A stretch of DNA of 64,000 bases from Nitrospirales bacterium (GCA_963555755.3 OY820905.2:4064001-4128000); one strand, 5' to 3'. Shown: positions 42,171 to 52,967, counted from the first letter of the stretch. Notes: generated by a model not told the origin, from the letters alone. A program made the numbers and translations.

Positions 42171-42390
42171 AAAAGGAAAAGGGGTCAAATCTTTAAAAGA
42201 AAAGGGGTCAAATCTTTGGTTGACTAAAAAAGGGGTCAAATCTTTGGTTGACTAAAACTTTAGATTATGTCCCCTGCTCGGAAGAGAAGATCGCGCTCCC
42301 AGAAAAAAGCAGTGGATGAAAGAGCGACGAGGAGTTTGAAACGAAACTCTCAACCAAAGATTTGACCCCTTTTTCTTTTTGACCCCTTTT
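42171..42390. mobile_element. Element E copy 4 (core 42228..42373) with stuttered ends
   Basis: Same TIRs; abuts the start of duplication copy 2. Confidence 0.9.
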
Positions 42391-44415
42391 CAGTCGTGGT
42401 TTGGACCGCGCCATTTGCTGGGATGTTCCAGGTGGATGCCACGTTTGCAACCGTTCAACCAGGCGTGAATGTCTTGCCTACTGCTCACGTTTTTAATGGG
42501 ACTGTCTTTGTCAACCTAGCTGCCATCCCTGTCTTTGGTACCACCAGTGATTATAGTGGGCTCTTGGCGCTGGGATTGGGCGAGGAGATCCACTTCGTGG
42601 TAGCCCCGACTACGGAAGGAGGGCAGAAGACGGTCGAAGTCTCGGCGATCATCAACAGCATTCCGCGCACCAACCCTGTCCCCGAACCCAGCACGATGTT
42701 GCTGCTCGGATCAGGCTTAGTCGGACTCATTGGCTACCGGATGAAGAAAGCACAAGCGTAAACGCATAGTCGATAATTTAGTCACACAATCAAAGAGCCT
42801 CACCGTTTCGGCGGTGGGGCTCTTTCTCTTGGCCGCATTCATCAAGGTCTGTCACTGACCCAGAGACAGAGCTACAGACCCTATTTTCAATAACTGGACA
42901 ATACATCCCCAAGCCATGAACATCAGAATAATTCAGTGGAATATTTCAATGAAATGCAAGGCCGAAAAAATAGCGTACTGCTTATCCCGCTATATTCATG
43001 GCCCCACCATTATTACCTTGCAAGAAGTTTTAAAATCCACATATGCCCAGATTGCGTCTGTGCTGACCCCTCCTGGAAGAGCGTACAGTCTTGCTTTACG
43101 AAAAGCCGGAAACCATGAAGGAAGAAATCGTAAAATGGGTGTCGCGACATTCGTTTTCGAAGGCAGAATACCTCATTACGAACTCGTATCACGTAGTATT
43201 TTTCCAGAAAGAACCTTGTTTTCGACATGCCAATTCGAGGGGAAGAATATTTCCTTGTATCGCACAGGCTTTAGGCGTAACCCTCTCGGAGTTAGTCGGC
43301 GATCAACCACAATCAACCAAAAGGAGGTCCGATGGGACGGACAAAACGAAAGGACGGGTATTACGTCGAGTTTCCCGTCATTGACGATGGGAAGGTCTTG
43401 ACGTTAGCGAGAGGCACGCCTGGTGCCAAGGTGAAACGGTGGCGCGTCGGGTGCCGTAACAAAACGATGGCTCAAGACCAGGAAACTATTATCAAGAACA
43501 AGCTTCTCAACGGAACAATGGTAAGCGTTCGGGCAAAGCTGGCAATAATGACCTTCGGCCAATGGGCCAAAGAATATGTGGAGATTGAAGAAGTGAAGTG
43601 TCTCCGCTCCTACACTGAGCGATGCCAGCGAATTACCGTGGTCCTTGTTCCATTCTTCGGCAAGACATTGTTGCAGGACATTACGGCCAAAGATGTAGAA
43701 GCCTTCCGCCAGGAGCGGGGGGAGGGGCGTGCTGTGGCTACCGTCAATGTGGATCACAACCTATTGAAGCACATGTTAAAGCATGCCATGAAGCGCGATT
43801 TGATTATGAGGAATGTGGCGTCTTTGGTCACAGCGCCGAAACCAAAGAACGCTCGCAATCGAGTGCTCGAACCTGACGAGTGGAACCGGCTCTATGGTGC
43901 CGCGCCCGAATGGTTCCAGCCAGTGCTGTTGACGGGCTACCACACGGGGATGCGACTAGAGGAAATCCTGACGCTCACGTGGGATCGGGTGGATCTGGAG
44001 AAGGGCCGCATGTTCCTTCCTGGACATCTGACCAAAACAGGGCAGGATCGTACCGTCCCTTTGACGCCGATGCTTCGGAAGGAACTGCAACAACTCCGGG
44101 ACTATGGTGGCGTTGCTCGAATTCAAGGCTTGGTGTTTCAGAAGGATGGCCAGAAGATTAACCACAGCTATCGCGTGGTGAAGGAGTTATGCGAGGAGCA
44201 GCACATTCCGAACTTCGTCTTCCATGACTTGCGGCATTGTGCTGTCACGAATTTAGCGGATTCTGGAGTAGAGATTGAGACGATCATGAAAATCGTCGGG
44301 CATTCCAGTATTGAAATGTTCCTACGTTACCGCACCATCACGGCGGATAAATTAGACACCGCCATGTCCAGCCTTAACACGCTAATAACACGGCGTCAAA
44401 ACGCCGCTCGCCAAG
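42391..44415 (+). repeat. 2,025-bp direct repeat, copy 2 (5'-truncated PEP-CTERM, EEP fragment, integrase)
   Basis: Appears identical to 34342..36366. Confidence 0.95.
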
Positions 44416-44438
44416 TCACTGAAATCACTGCACTTTAA
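43332..44438 (+). CDS. Tyrosine recombinase/integrase
   Basis: TGMRLEE, TKTG, FHDLRH, VGHSS, RY catalytic set; ends 6 bp from the tRNA 3' end. Confidence 0.95.
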   Translation: MGRTKRKDGYYVEFPVIDDGKVLTLARGTPGAKVKRWRVGCRNKTMAQDQETIIKNKLLNGTMVSVRAKLAIMTFGQWAKEYVEIEEVKCLRSYTERCQRITVVLVPFFGKTLLQDITAKDVEAFRQERGEGRAVATVNVDHNLLKHMLKHAMKRDLIMRNVASLVTAPKPKNARNRVLEPDEWNRLYGAAPEWFQPVLLTGYHTGMRLEEILTLTWDRVDLEKGRMFLPGHLTKTGQDRTVPLTPMLRKELQQLRDYGGVARIQGLVFQKDGQKINHSYRVVKELCEEQHIPNFVFHDLRHCAVTNLADSGVEIETIMKIVGHSSIEMFLRYRTITADKLDTAMSSLNTLITRRQNAARQVTEITAL

Positions 44439-44444
44439 TTGAAT

Positions 44445-44530
44445 TGGTGCCGAAGGCGGGAGTTGAACCCGCACACCCGTGAGGGCACTAGAACCTGAAT
44501 CTAGCGCGTCTGCCATTCCGCCACTTCGGC
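44445..44530 (-). tRNA. tRNA-Leu(CAG)
   Basis: GCCGAAG acceptor stem, anticodon arm CTAGA-TTCAGGT-TCTAG, long variable arm, GTTCAA T-loop, CCA end. Confidence 0.97.
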
Positions 44531-44757
44531 ACAAGTGAGACGGAATTATCAGCTTTTACATGGAGAGCGTCAAGGCAAGGGAGTCGATCGCGTTAGGGCC
44601 TTTGAAAAAGTTTGTCTTAAGGATGCCGAAAGGTTCGTGGGCAATGTTCTTTTATCACGTAATGCGTGAAGCGTGATCCGTGACCCGTAGGGAATAGATC
44701 AACAGTGTTTACTTCTCGCCTTACGGATTACGCATCACGTTTTACGACTATTGAGGT

Positions 44758-46260
44758 TTAGGAAGACGCGGTGTTAGACGGTACGGGGTTTGGTTCCAAA
44801 CAAGATTGCCTCCATAGGCCGCCGATTCCTGATGTGCCGTCGGTGGGTGTGAGGTCTTGGGTATCGCCAGCGATGATGATCCGTTCGCGAATCAAGCCGG
44901 CGGCGCCGAGTAACAACGGCGCGGGGATGTGTGGTGCATCTTCGGCAATCAGGACATCGAAGCGAACTCGTGTGAAGAGGGGATCGGCGACAAGCCGTCC
45001 GGGTGTGGCGATCACGAGGCGTTTGTTTTGAATAAACGCTTGTCGATTGGTGGCTTCGCCCGCAGCGAGCATTTCGCGAATTTTTTTTGTCCCGCCAAGG
45101 CGAGTAATATCAGTCTTCAATTCCTCGTATTCAGGCCGCATGTCTTTCGGAATAGCGGCTTCGGGTAATAATTCGCGAATGCGGGCTTGAGCGATTTCGA
45201 CTTCTTTCATCAGATCCGCAATTTTTTCTGTGTGGATCGTGCGATACTCCGCAAGAGTGTCCACGTTCTTTCCCATGGTCTGCATGCCCAGGCGCTTCCA
45301 GACCGGCAGATTTTCGTAATCGGCTACAAGCGTGTCGATGTCTTTGATCTTGCCTTGAAAGTCGCTCACCTCTGACAGTAGTCGCCATTCAAGCAACTTC
45401 ACTTCGTTAAGGTCACGCTGCTTTTGGCCCTTGTACGCCAGGATGGGTGTTAACTCGCGAAACCGGTCGTATTTGCTTTGAAGCGCATTTTTGTGTGACC
45501 GCGACTTCGCGAAAAAGGTATGCATCTGAACTTCAAACCCAAGCTCTTGTAAGGAGATGCCGGAACCTTGGGATAGCACTGGAATCTCGTAACAACTTAA
45601 CAAGCTCTTAAATGGAAGCGCGGCATTGCGAAAGGTCTTCGCGAAAAATCCCAGCAATTCGCTCACGACTTGATGACTGGGTGCGATCAGCAACACTCGT
45701 TTGTTTTTCCGAATGAGTTCGACAGCCAAGGTCCCGAGCTTGGTCCATCGGGCAGATTGATCATCGCTCCACACCGTCGTCAATATAGCGGCGGATGCGC
45801 CGGTACGAGCAAACCCATCGCCTCCGGCTTGTTCCGGGTCGAGCCAGGGCGCTAACCGCTCGGCGGGTCCTAACGCATAGGACTCGGGTTTCACGGCCAT
45901 CTCGCTCAACCGTTTCGAGGCCGTGACAAAAAACCCGGACGTGTCCGGCACGATCGTATTATCCTCGACCGATTGTCCCAGGGTGTCCAGGGTTTGAATC
46001 AGGATGTCGTCCCCAATGCGACGAAGCGAAAATCCTTCCGTGGGCTCAAGATCCCCGGGCGGGACGATTGTGAGGGGGATGTCTTCAAGAACTGGCATCC
46101 GCGATGGCAGGGTCAGTGTATAGAGATGCAAGCTTCCGGCTTTCCCGAGTTTTTTCGTGTGCGGTGACTCGATGGGATCATCCAGCCCTTGGGCGATGGC
46201 CTCTTCCTTTTCCGTCCCGAGCTGTGTGGAGAAATACTGGAGAAGGTCAAGAAGTTTCAT
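44758..46260 (-). CDS. SF1-helicase-like protein with degenerate motifs and coiled-coil insert
   Basis: RVLLIAPSH, LVIATP, FDVLIAEDA, IIIAGD; no GKT. Confidence 0.65.
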   Translation of the reverse strand: MKLLDLLQYFSTQLGTEKEEAIAQGLDDPIESPHTKKLGKAGSLHLYTLTLPSRMPVLEDIPLTIVPPGDLEPTEGFSLRRIGDDILIQTLDTLGQSVEDNTIVPDTSGFFVTASKRLSEMAVKPESYALGPAERLAPWLDPEQAGGDGFARTGASAAILTTVWSDDQSARWTKLGTLAVELIRKNKRVLLIAPSHQVVSELLGFFAKTFRNAALPFKSLLSCYEIPVLSQGSGISLQELGFEVQMHTFFAKSRSHKNALQSKYDRFRELTPILAYKGQKQRDLNEVKLLEWRLLSEVSDFQGKIKDIDTLVADYENLPVWKRLGMQTMGKNVDTLAEYRTIHTEKIADLMKEVEIAQARIRELLPEAAIPKDMRPEYEELKTDITRLGGTKKIREMLAAGEATNRQAFIQNKRLVIATPGRLVADPLFTRVRFDVLIAEDAPHIPAPLLLGAAGLIRERIIIAGDTQDLTPTDGTSGIGGLWRQSCLEPNPVPSNTASS

Positions 46261-46796
46261 GGTGTGAGTTCGTGAGAAGGATCCAGTGCTTGTTGTACGC
46301 ACATGGCCACGCAAGCGAGCCCGCCGGTTATGGGTTGTCGATTAAAGGCACACCCACGATGGTCAGCGCATGTTGTGATAAAAGGAATCTTTGCCAAAAA
46401 GTCGAGGTCTTCTAACACTTGAGCATGAATCTGGCCGTCCTCTGATGCTGAAAGAATCACCACTCGATTGTGATTATCATCTTCCAGAATGGCCGCCTTG
46501 GGCGATGGCGCGATCATCGATCGCGCTGCACGGACTTGTGGTAATTCCACGCTCAGTTTCACCAAGTTCTTCGGAGCCTGAATAGGCTGGTGACTCAGCC
46601 GGATATTAAGCGAGGTCAGATTGGGGGTATCAGGATCGATCTTTGCGGCGCCTTTAACAATGGAACTGTGGAGTCGTTCGGCAAGGGCGACGCTGCCCGT
46701 TAACATCCCAAGCGCCAGGATTCCTATCCCCACAATCCCCAAAATGCCAAAAATCCCCAAAATGCCAAAAATGATTGTCCTTTTGTGTGTGGTCAT
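46257..46796 (-). CDS. Hypothetical exported/membrane protein
   Basis: ATG 46796; hydrophobic N-terminus; stop overlaps the next start. Confidence 0.65.
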   Translation of the reverse strand: MTTHKRTIIFGILGIFGILGIVGIGILALGMLTGSVALAERLHSSIVKGAAKIDPDTPNLTSLNIRLSHQPIQAPKNLVKLSVELPQVRAARSMIAPSPKAAILEDDNHNRVVILSASEDGQIHAQVLEDLDFLAKIPFITTCADHRGCAFNRQPITGGLACVAMCVQQALDPSHELTP

Positions 46797-46895
46797 AGAG
46801 GCATTGTAGTCAAGGCTTGAAGCCGGTGTCGAGGAAGGGCGGGAAACGTGAGGAATATTGCAGGGTGGGCTATGCCCACCATTTATTTTTGTACG

Positions 46896-47130
46896 GGGTT
46901 TCGTCCTCGCGCGACGAGGCCCTTTTGTTTCGGCAAAAGGACCCAAAACCATTTTTGCCCGTGCGCGGCCCCTCCGACCCTGCCGGAGCAGGTTCTCCGG
47001 GGTGCCTGGTCCACCGCCCCGAATCAAGATGGCTCGGAAACTCGCTCCGAGGTGCAAGGCCACCTCTCCGCTCAGACAGCCCTCGCCAAAGCAGTAGGAT
47101 TCGGGACGGCGGCCCAGCCGCGCCCAACGC
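46896..47130 (+). repeat. Repeat family D
   Basis: Homologous to 2438..2723. Confidence 0.75.
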
Positions 47131-47267
47131 AGGTGAATGGCAGGGCATAAAAAATCAAGCCCCGCACTGGGTAGTGCGGGGTTTATGAATCACAATGGGG
47201 TGTGGCGATAGATCAAACTAGAAAAACCGAAGTGTTTGTTTTTATCTTTTCATTCTGCAGGCATCCC

Positions 47268-47460
47268 CGCCTTCGGATGCGGCGGAGCCGGAGCCCCGAA
47301 TCGACTTTTTGGCGAGGGTTGTTTGAGCGGAGCGAGTTCCCTCGCCATGTTATTCGGGGCGTAGGCGGAGGGACCCCCTTGGGGTCGCATACGGGCGGAA
47401 ATGGTTTTGGTCACTTTTGCCGAAACAAAAGTGACTCGGCGTGTGGGGGCGAAACCCCAC
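47268..47460 (-). repeat. Repeat family D, inverted copy
   Basis: Reverse complement aligns to the other copies. Confidence 0.75.
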
Positions 47461-47521
47461 ATTATAATTCTTGTGCCTAACCTGGCACGTTCCAGAAATA
47501 ACTACAGATTTCTCCCTCCGG

Positions 47522-47646
47522 TCGAAATGACAAGGGAGAGGCGAAATGACAAGGGAGAGGCGAATGACAAAGGAGAGGCGAAATGACAAGGGAGAGGCGA
47601 ATGACAAAGGAGAGGCGAAATGACAAGGGAGATGCGAAATGACAAG
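47522..47646 (+). repeat. Tandem 18-19-bp repeat GCGAAATGACAAGGGAGAG (~7 units)
   Basis: Directly visible; expansion of a REP-like end. Confidence 0.9.
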
Positions 47647-47780
47647 AAAAATTTCACATAGCCTCTCTGCTTACTCCAAAGCGGTCATATTCTCGCTAAA
47701 CGATTGCAAAAATTGACATTTCCATGAGTGGTCCTTATGATTCGATCTTTCGTCTAAGAACTAAGGGAGGGGTATGTACG

Positions 47781-48338
47781 ATGAAGGTGATCCTTCAAGA
47801 AAATGTGGATAATTTGGGCTATGTGGGCGATATCTTGGATGTGGCCAGTGGGTATGCCCGGAACTATCTGTTGCCTCACAAGAAGGCCTTGGAAGCCAAC
47901 ATGCGGAATGTGAAGTCGTTAGAGCATGCCAAACGCGTGACTGGGCATAAGGCCAAGCAAGTGGAGCAAGGGTTGAAAGGCGAAGCGGAGAAATTGTCAG
48001 GGGTGTCGCTGACGTTTCCGGTGCAGACAGGAAAAGATGATAAGCTGTTTGGATCGATTACCTCCAAGGATATTGAGGAAGGGTTAATGGCTGAAGGCTT
48101 TGAGGTGGACCGGCGCAAAATTCAACTTCCCCAGCCATTGAAAGAATTGGGGGCTTCTACCGTGGATATCAAATTGTTTCGAGATATCACGGCACAAATT
48201 ACCGTCACCTTGGTGAAAAGGGGTGGTGGTGCACCAGCTGCCGAGGGTGAATCTTCCGAGGAAACTAAAACGAGTGAACCCTCGGAACCAGAAGAATCCG
48301 ACAATGAGTCTTCTGACACCACGGAACCTCAAGAATAA
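47781..48338 (+). CDS. rplI: 50S ribosomal protein L9
   Basis: [25 protein letters not shown]; acidic tail. Confidence 0.97.
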   Translation: MKVILQENVDNLGYVGDILDVASGYARNYLLPHKKALEANMRNVKSLEHAKRVTGHKAKQVEQGLKGEAEKLSGVSLTFPVQTGKDDKLFGSITSKDIEEGLMAEGFEVDRRKIQLPQPLKELGASTVDIKLFRDITAQITVTLVKRGGGAPAAEGESSEETKTSEPSEPEESDNESSDTTEPQE

Positions 48339-48340
48339 AT

Positions 48341-49618
48341 ATGGGACATGCCGTCGGCACGTTAAAAGCGATCCAGGAAACCGATCCGGAAGTCTATGCG
48401 GCGATTCGGGCGGAGGAGAGGCGTCAGCGGGATAAATTGGTACTGATTGCTTCGGAGAATTATGCCAGCCAGGCAGTGCAGGCTGCGCAAGGGTCGCTGA
48501 TGACCAATAAGTATGCCGAGGGGTATCCGGGACGCCGCTATTATGGTGGCTGCAAATACGTCGATGTGGTTGAAGAGTTAGCCATCGAACGGGCCAAACA
48601 ATTATTCGGGTGTGAGCATGTGAATGTGCAGCCGCATTCCGGCTCAACCGCCAACATGGCGGCCTATCTTTCCGTCCTCAAGCCAGGCGATACGATTTTG
48701 GGGATGGCCCTTTCTGAAGGTGGCCATCTGACGCACGGATCGAAGGTCAGTTTTTCTGGAAAGATTTTTCAATCGTATGCGTATGGCCTCAATCCTAAAA
48801 CCGAACTGATTGACTACGATGCCGTGCAACAATTGGCTGAAGAATGTCGGCCTCGTATGCTCGTGGTGGGTGCCAGTGCCTATTCTCGAATCATAGATTT
48901 TGAACGGTTCAAACGCATCGCTGACTCGGTCGGCGCGTATGTTCTCGTCGATATCGCGCACATTTCCGGGCTGGTAGCCACCGGCCTTCACCCCAGTCCG
49001 ATGCCCCATGCGGACTTTGTCACGACGACCACGCATAAGACGTTGCGCGGTCCGCGGGCAGGGATGGTGATGTGCAAAGCCGAGCATGCCAAAGCTGTGG
49101 ACAAGATCATCTTCCCCGGTCTCCAGGGTGGACCGCTGATGCATGTGATCGCGGCCAAAGCCGTGGCGTTTCAAGAAGCCCTCACTCCAGAATTTAAGTC
49201 CTATCAGGAACAGGTATTAGCGAATGCGAAGGCCTTAGCACAGGGCTTTATCGAGCGTAACTATCATGTGGTGTCTGGCGGTACGGATACGCATTTATTC
49301 CTCATGAATCTGAACTCAAAAGGTGTGACAGGGAAAGATGCCGAATCGGCCTTGGATGCCTCAGGAATTATCCTGAATAAAAATGCCGTGCCCCATGATG
49401 AGCGACCTCCGGCCGTGACGAGCGGTATTCGCATTGGAACGCCCATTGTGACCACACGAGGCATGGGTCTGGCGGAAATGTCTCAACTCGTGGCTTGGAT
49501 CGACGAAGTGATTCAGCATAGTACTGACCGTCGCCTACACCGACGAATTGCCAAAGACGTGAAAGCCTTGTGTGGTCGCTTTCCTATTTTTCAAACCTCT
49601 CCATTGACATCAGCGTAA
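48341..49618 (+). CDS. glyA: Serine hydroxymethyltransferase
   Basis: [35 protein letters not shown]. Confidence 0.98.
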   Translation: MGHAVGTLKAIQETDPEVYAAIRAEERRQRDKLVLIASENYASQAVQAAQGSLMTNKYAEGYPGRRYYGGCKYVDVVEELAIERAKQLFGCEHVNVQPHSGSTANMAAYLSVLKPGDTILGMALSEGGHLTHGSKVSFSGKIFQSYAYGLNPKTELIDYDAVQQLAEECRPRMLVVGASAYSRIIDFERFKRIADSVGAYVLVDIAHISGLVATGLHPSPMPHADFVTTTTHKTLRGPRAGMVMCKAEHAKAVDKIIFPGLQGGPLMHVIAAKAVAFQEALTPEFKSYQEQVLANAKALAQGFIERNYHVVSGGTDTHLFLMNLNSKGVTGKDAESALDASGIILNKNAVPHDERPPAVTSGIRIGTPIVTTRGMGLAEMSQLVAWIDEVIQHSTDRRLHRRIAKDVKALCGRFPIFQTSPLTSA

Positions 49619-49821
49619 TCGCCATCGTCTCTGCTCATGCTACTGCTACTGCCCCATCTCCACAGTCGTTTCTGCGGGTGTGAAGGGTGAATATAGTGAT
49701 TTCAGATAAGTTCCATAAACTCGAAACCCGAATATCGAAATCCGGATTTACGCCATCAGTAGCGAAAATGGAAGCTAAGTGAAATAACCATATGGTTTTC
49801 AACGATCAAGGACGGTAACGC

Positions 49822-50286
49822 GTGCGATGCCCCTTTTGCAGCCGATTTGACGACAAGGTCATTGATTCTCGAACCGCTCGTGAAGGCGAAGTGATTCGCC
49901 GACGACGGGAATGCTTGGACTGCAAGCGTCGATTCACGACGTATGAGCGCATCGAAGAGAATCTTCCGGCCATCGTCAAAAAAGACAATCGCCGAGAAAC
50001 CTTTGATCGGACCAAGATCATGGCTGGATTAAAAAAAGCATGTGAAAAACGGCCGATTAGCAGCGCTACGCTTGAAGCTTCGGTTGACCGCATTGAAAAA
50101 CGCCTTCAAGAATATGGCGAATCCGAAGTGCCAGCCCGGGTTGTGGGGGAAGAGGTGATGCGGGAATTACATCAACTCGATCAAGTGGCCTATGTCCGAT
50201 TTGCCTCGGTGTATCGCGAGTTCAAAGACATCGATCAATTTATGGAGACGATCAAGGCTCTGGCCCAGGATCGTGGGAAACTCTAG
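49822..50286 (+). CDS. nrdR: Transcriptional repressor NrdR
   Basis: [28 protein letters not shown]. Confidence 0.98.
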   Translation: MRCPFCSRFDDKVIDSRTAREGEVIRRRRECLDCKRRFTTYERIEENLPAIVKKDNRRETFDRTKIMAGLKKACEKRPISSATLEASVDRIEKRLQEYGESEVPARVVGEEVMRELHQLDQVAYVRFASVYREFKDIDQFMETIKALAQDRGKL

Positions 50287-50533
50287 GGAATATGCGTGAA
50301 GCGTATCTCGTGAACCGTGAAGCGTTGTTCGTGAACCGTGAAGCGGTACTCGCTTCCCGGTTCCCGCTTCAGGCTTTTCTCTGGCCTGCGAAAATATCGG
50401 ATGGATCCCCGCTGAAAACTTGCCGGGATGACGGCTTAGGAGTTTTGTCCGAGTATTTCTTTTCCCTCAGAACGCTTCACGCGTTACCAGATAGGCTTCA
50501 CATCTTTGTCTCACCAGCGATGAACAACTAGCC

Positions 50534-51700
50534 ATGCCCTCCTCTGTCACCTCTGCTAAACGGTCTACATCTCGTCGGCCATCCGCGTCTACTCTCAAAC
50601 CAAAGCCCCAATCCAAACCTGTTCGCCGACGGTCGGCTCCTCCCACCCGTGTGGCCATCATTGGAGGGGGTAGGGGTGGAAGAGCCTTGATGGAAATTTT
50701 TGCCCAAGATCCGTTGGCTCGTATCGTCGGTTTGGCTGAAACCAAAACCCGAAGCTCAGGCACGAAGTTAGCCAAACTGTTTGGCGTGCCGGTCACCCGG
50801 GACTATCGTGAGTTGCTCAAGCTCAAAGATGTGGATTTAATCATCGATGTGACGGGCAATATGGAAGTGGGGCAAGCCTTGCAGAGGGTCAGGCGGCCAA
50901 AGTTAGCGATCATCGGAGGGGCGAGCGCCAAATTCATGTGGCAACTCATTGAAGCGCGAATTCGGGCCACGACGGAAATTGAACACACACTGATTCGGTA
51001 TCAATCGTTGTTTCGGCGGTTTGTCAAAGAGGAAACCAAACGGGCCGTGCATGAAGAACGCACGCGCATTGCTGCTGACATTCATGACGGCTTGGTACAA
51101 ACATTAGTCGGGGTTAATTTTAAAATGGAACTGTGCGCCGAGATTGTCCGGCAGGATCCCATGAAATGCTCGAATTTGATGCGGGAAGCCAAAGCCCAGT
51201 TGAAGCATGGGATTCAGGAAACACGGCAGGTCGTGTTTAACTTGCGTCCCGGGCAGGAAGAAAAGCTCGATTTATTTTCCGCGTTATCGAACTTTTTGAA
51301 AACCTTTAAAGAGCAACAGCACGTACAAGTGGAGTTTGACTATCAGGGGGATGATTCGTCATTACTATCCAAGACCAAGGTGTTTCTCTTTCGAATTGTT
51401 CAGGAGGCGTTGCACAATACCGCCAAACATGCCAAGGCTGCTCGGGTGTTTGTGCACATTGTTGTGAATCATGATATGCTCATAGCCTCGATTCGTGACG
51501 ATGGCGTGGGGTTCGATGTTCAGGCGGTGTTTCGCGATCCGGACAAGTGGGATCATTTTGGGCTTCGAGGCATGAAAGAACGAGCCAAGCTTCTCGGAGG
51601 GGAAGCGCGGCTGCAATCCAGCAAAGGGCGCGGAACCACCGTGACGGTTCGTATTCCTGTCGGCAGAAAGGATGTGGTTCGGAATGGTCAAAAAAATTAG
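50534..51700 (+). CDS. Cytoplasmic histidine kinase (Rossmann-like N-domain + HisKA_3)
   Basis: VAIIGGGRGG; ERTRIAADIHD; QEALHN; DDGVGFD; GLRGMKERA. Confidence 0.9.
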   Translation: MPSSVTSAKRSTSRRPSASTLKPKPQSKPVRRRSAPPTRVAIIGGGRGGRALMEIFAQDPLARIVGLAETKTRSSGTKLAKLFGVPVTRDYRELLKLKDVDLIIDVTGNMEVGQALQRVRRPKLAIIGGASAKFMWQLIEARIRATTEIEHTLIRYQSLFRRFVKEETKRAVHEERTRIAADIHDGLVQTLVGVNFKMELCAEIVRQDPMKCSNLMREAKAQLKHGIQETRQVVFNLRPGQEEKLDLFSALSNFLKTFKEQQHVQVEFDYQGDDSSLLSKTKVFLFRIVQEALHNTAKHAKAARVFVHIVVNHDMLIASIRDDGVGFDVQAVFRDPDKWDHFGLRGMKERAKLLGGEARLQSSKGRGTTVTVRIPVGRKDVVRNGQKN

Positions 51701-52358
51701 GGTCTTGATCACTGACGATCATCGTGTCGTGCGCGAAGGCTTGTCAGCCATCCTTGATACGAAAGACGAAATTGAAATTGTGGGTGAAGCCAGTGATGGT
51801 GGTGAGGCCGTGGAAAAAGCCCGGGAATTATTGCCAGACGTGATTGTGATGGATGTGAGCATGCCGGGTATGAACGGCGTGGAAGCCACACGGATCATTA
51901 AAAAGGAACTGCCACAAATCGGGATCATTGCCCTGACCATGTATGACGATCAACGATATATTTTTGACCTCGTGCGGGCTGGGGCCACCGGCTATTTGTT
52001 CAAAGATTCGGATTCAACCGAAATCTTGGCTGCCATTCGTGCCGTTTCAAAAGGCGAATCGCTGATCCATCCCTCGGTTGCCAGCAAAATTTTAGCAGAA
52101 TTTACTTTGCTCGCCGATGGCAAAGGTAAAAGGAAGTCCTCACTCGAACACAATCTGACCGAGCGAGAGATCACGGTCCTTCGGTTAGTCGCGGATGGAA
52201 AAACCAACAAAGAGATTGCGAATGTTCTTGATCTCAGCGAGAAAACCATCAAAAATCACGTCCGAAATATCTTCCATAAACTCCATGTCTACGATCGAAC
52301 CCAAGCCGCGATTTTGGCGATCCGCAAGGGGATTATTGAGTTGGAGCCGTATCCCTAA
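51684..52358 (+). CDS. NarL/LuxR-family response regulator
   Basis: REC plus LTEREITVL..TNKEIA..SEKTIKNH. Confidence 0.95.
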   Translation: MVKKIRVLITDDHRVVREGLSAILDTKDEIEIVGEASDGGEAVEKARELLPDVIVMDVSMPGMNGVEATRIIKKELPQIGIIALTMYDDQRYIFDLVRAGATGYLFKDSDSTEILAAIRAVSKGESLIHPSVASKILAEFTLLADGKGKRKSSLEHNLTEREITVLRLVADGKTNKEIANVLDLSEKTIKNHVRNIFHKLHVYDRTQAAILAIRKGIIELEPYP

Positions 52359-52680
52359 ATCGTCGCTCGTTGCATGTCGCTCGTGAATCATTTCGTCGTT
52401 TGTATCTCGTATTTCTTTTCACGCCCCTTCCCTCAAACCCGCAGGGTGAATGGCTGTCAACTGCCGTTTCTCGGTATCTATCTTTTCCCCCGCCTGCCAA
52501 CCCCCCAGATGAATCCTTACTAACAACCGGCGGGGATAACGGTTAGGGTCCGTCACGAAATACGAGATGCGAATGACGGTTTTTCACCCTCACCCTGTCC
52601 ATTGAACTCTCTCATTCCTCTTTCGGTAACGATAGTGATCCACGGGGTCGTAGCCCAACCTTCAAGAACTGCAAGCAGCT

Positions 52681-52707
52681 TAAGCAGTTCTAAAAAATTG
52701 CCGATAA
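52681..52707 (+). promoter_or_regulatory. Sigma-28 promoter
   Basis: TAAG-N15-GCCGATAA. Confidence 0.65.
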
Positions 52708-52967
52708 ATTAATATGAAACTACTTCAAAGTGGTGTGATGTGTGGTTCCCGGCCAGAAGAAAAAAAACGTTGCTAGTCGCTGAGCACTAAGGAGTTCTTT
52801 TTCTTCACAAGCAACTAGGGACAAACTGGAGACTAGCCGATCATGAGCCAAGCAGAAAATATAGAGACCACCGGACGGATGCCCGCTTAAACCCTGGGGG
52901 CATGACGACAGGGGCGAGAAACGAAATACGAGATACGAACGACGGGATGCGAACCAGGGGAGTGCCC

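Larger units (their letters stand above)
32879..44444. mobile_element. Integrative island at tRNA-Leu(CAG)
   Basis: Bounded by 55-bp direct repeats; integrase adjacent to the tRNA. Confidence 0.85.

Noticed and set aside
46797..47063. N-terminal extension of ORF 46257..47063
   Set aside because: It is translated repeat D; ATG 46796 gives a plausible start
47522..47646. Possible CRISPR array
   Set aside because: Units are contiguous with no unique spacers, and no cas genes are present
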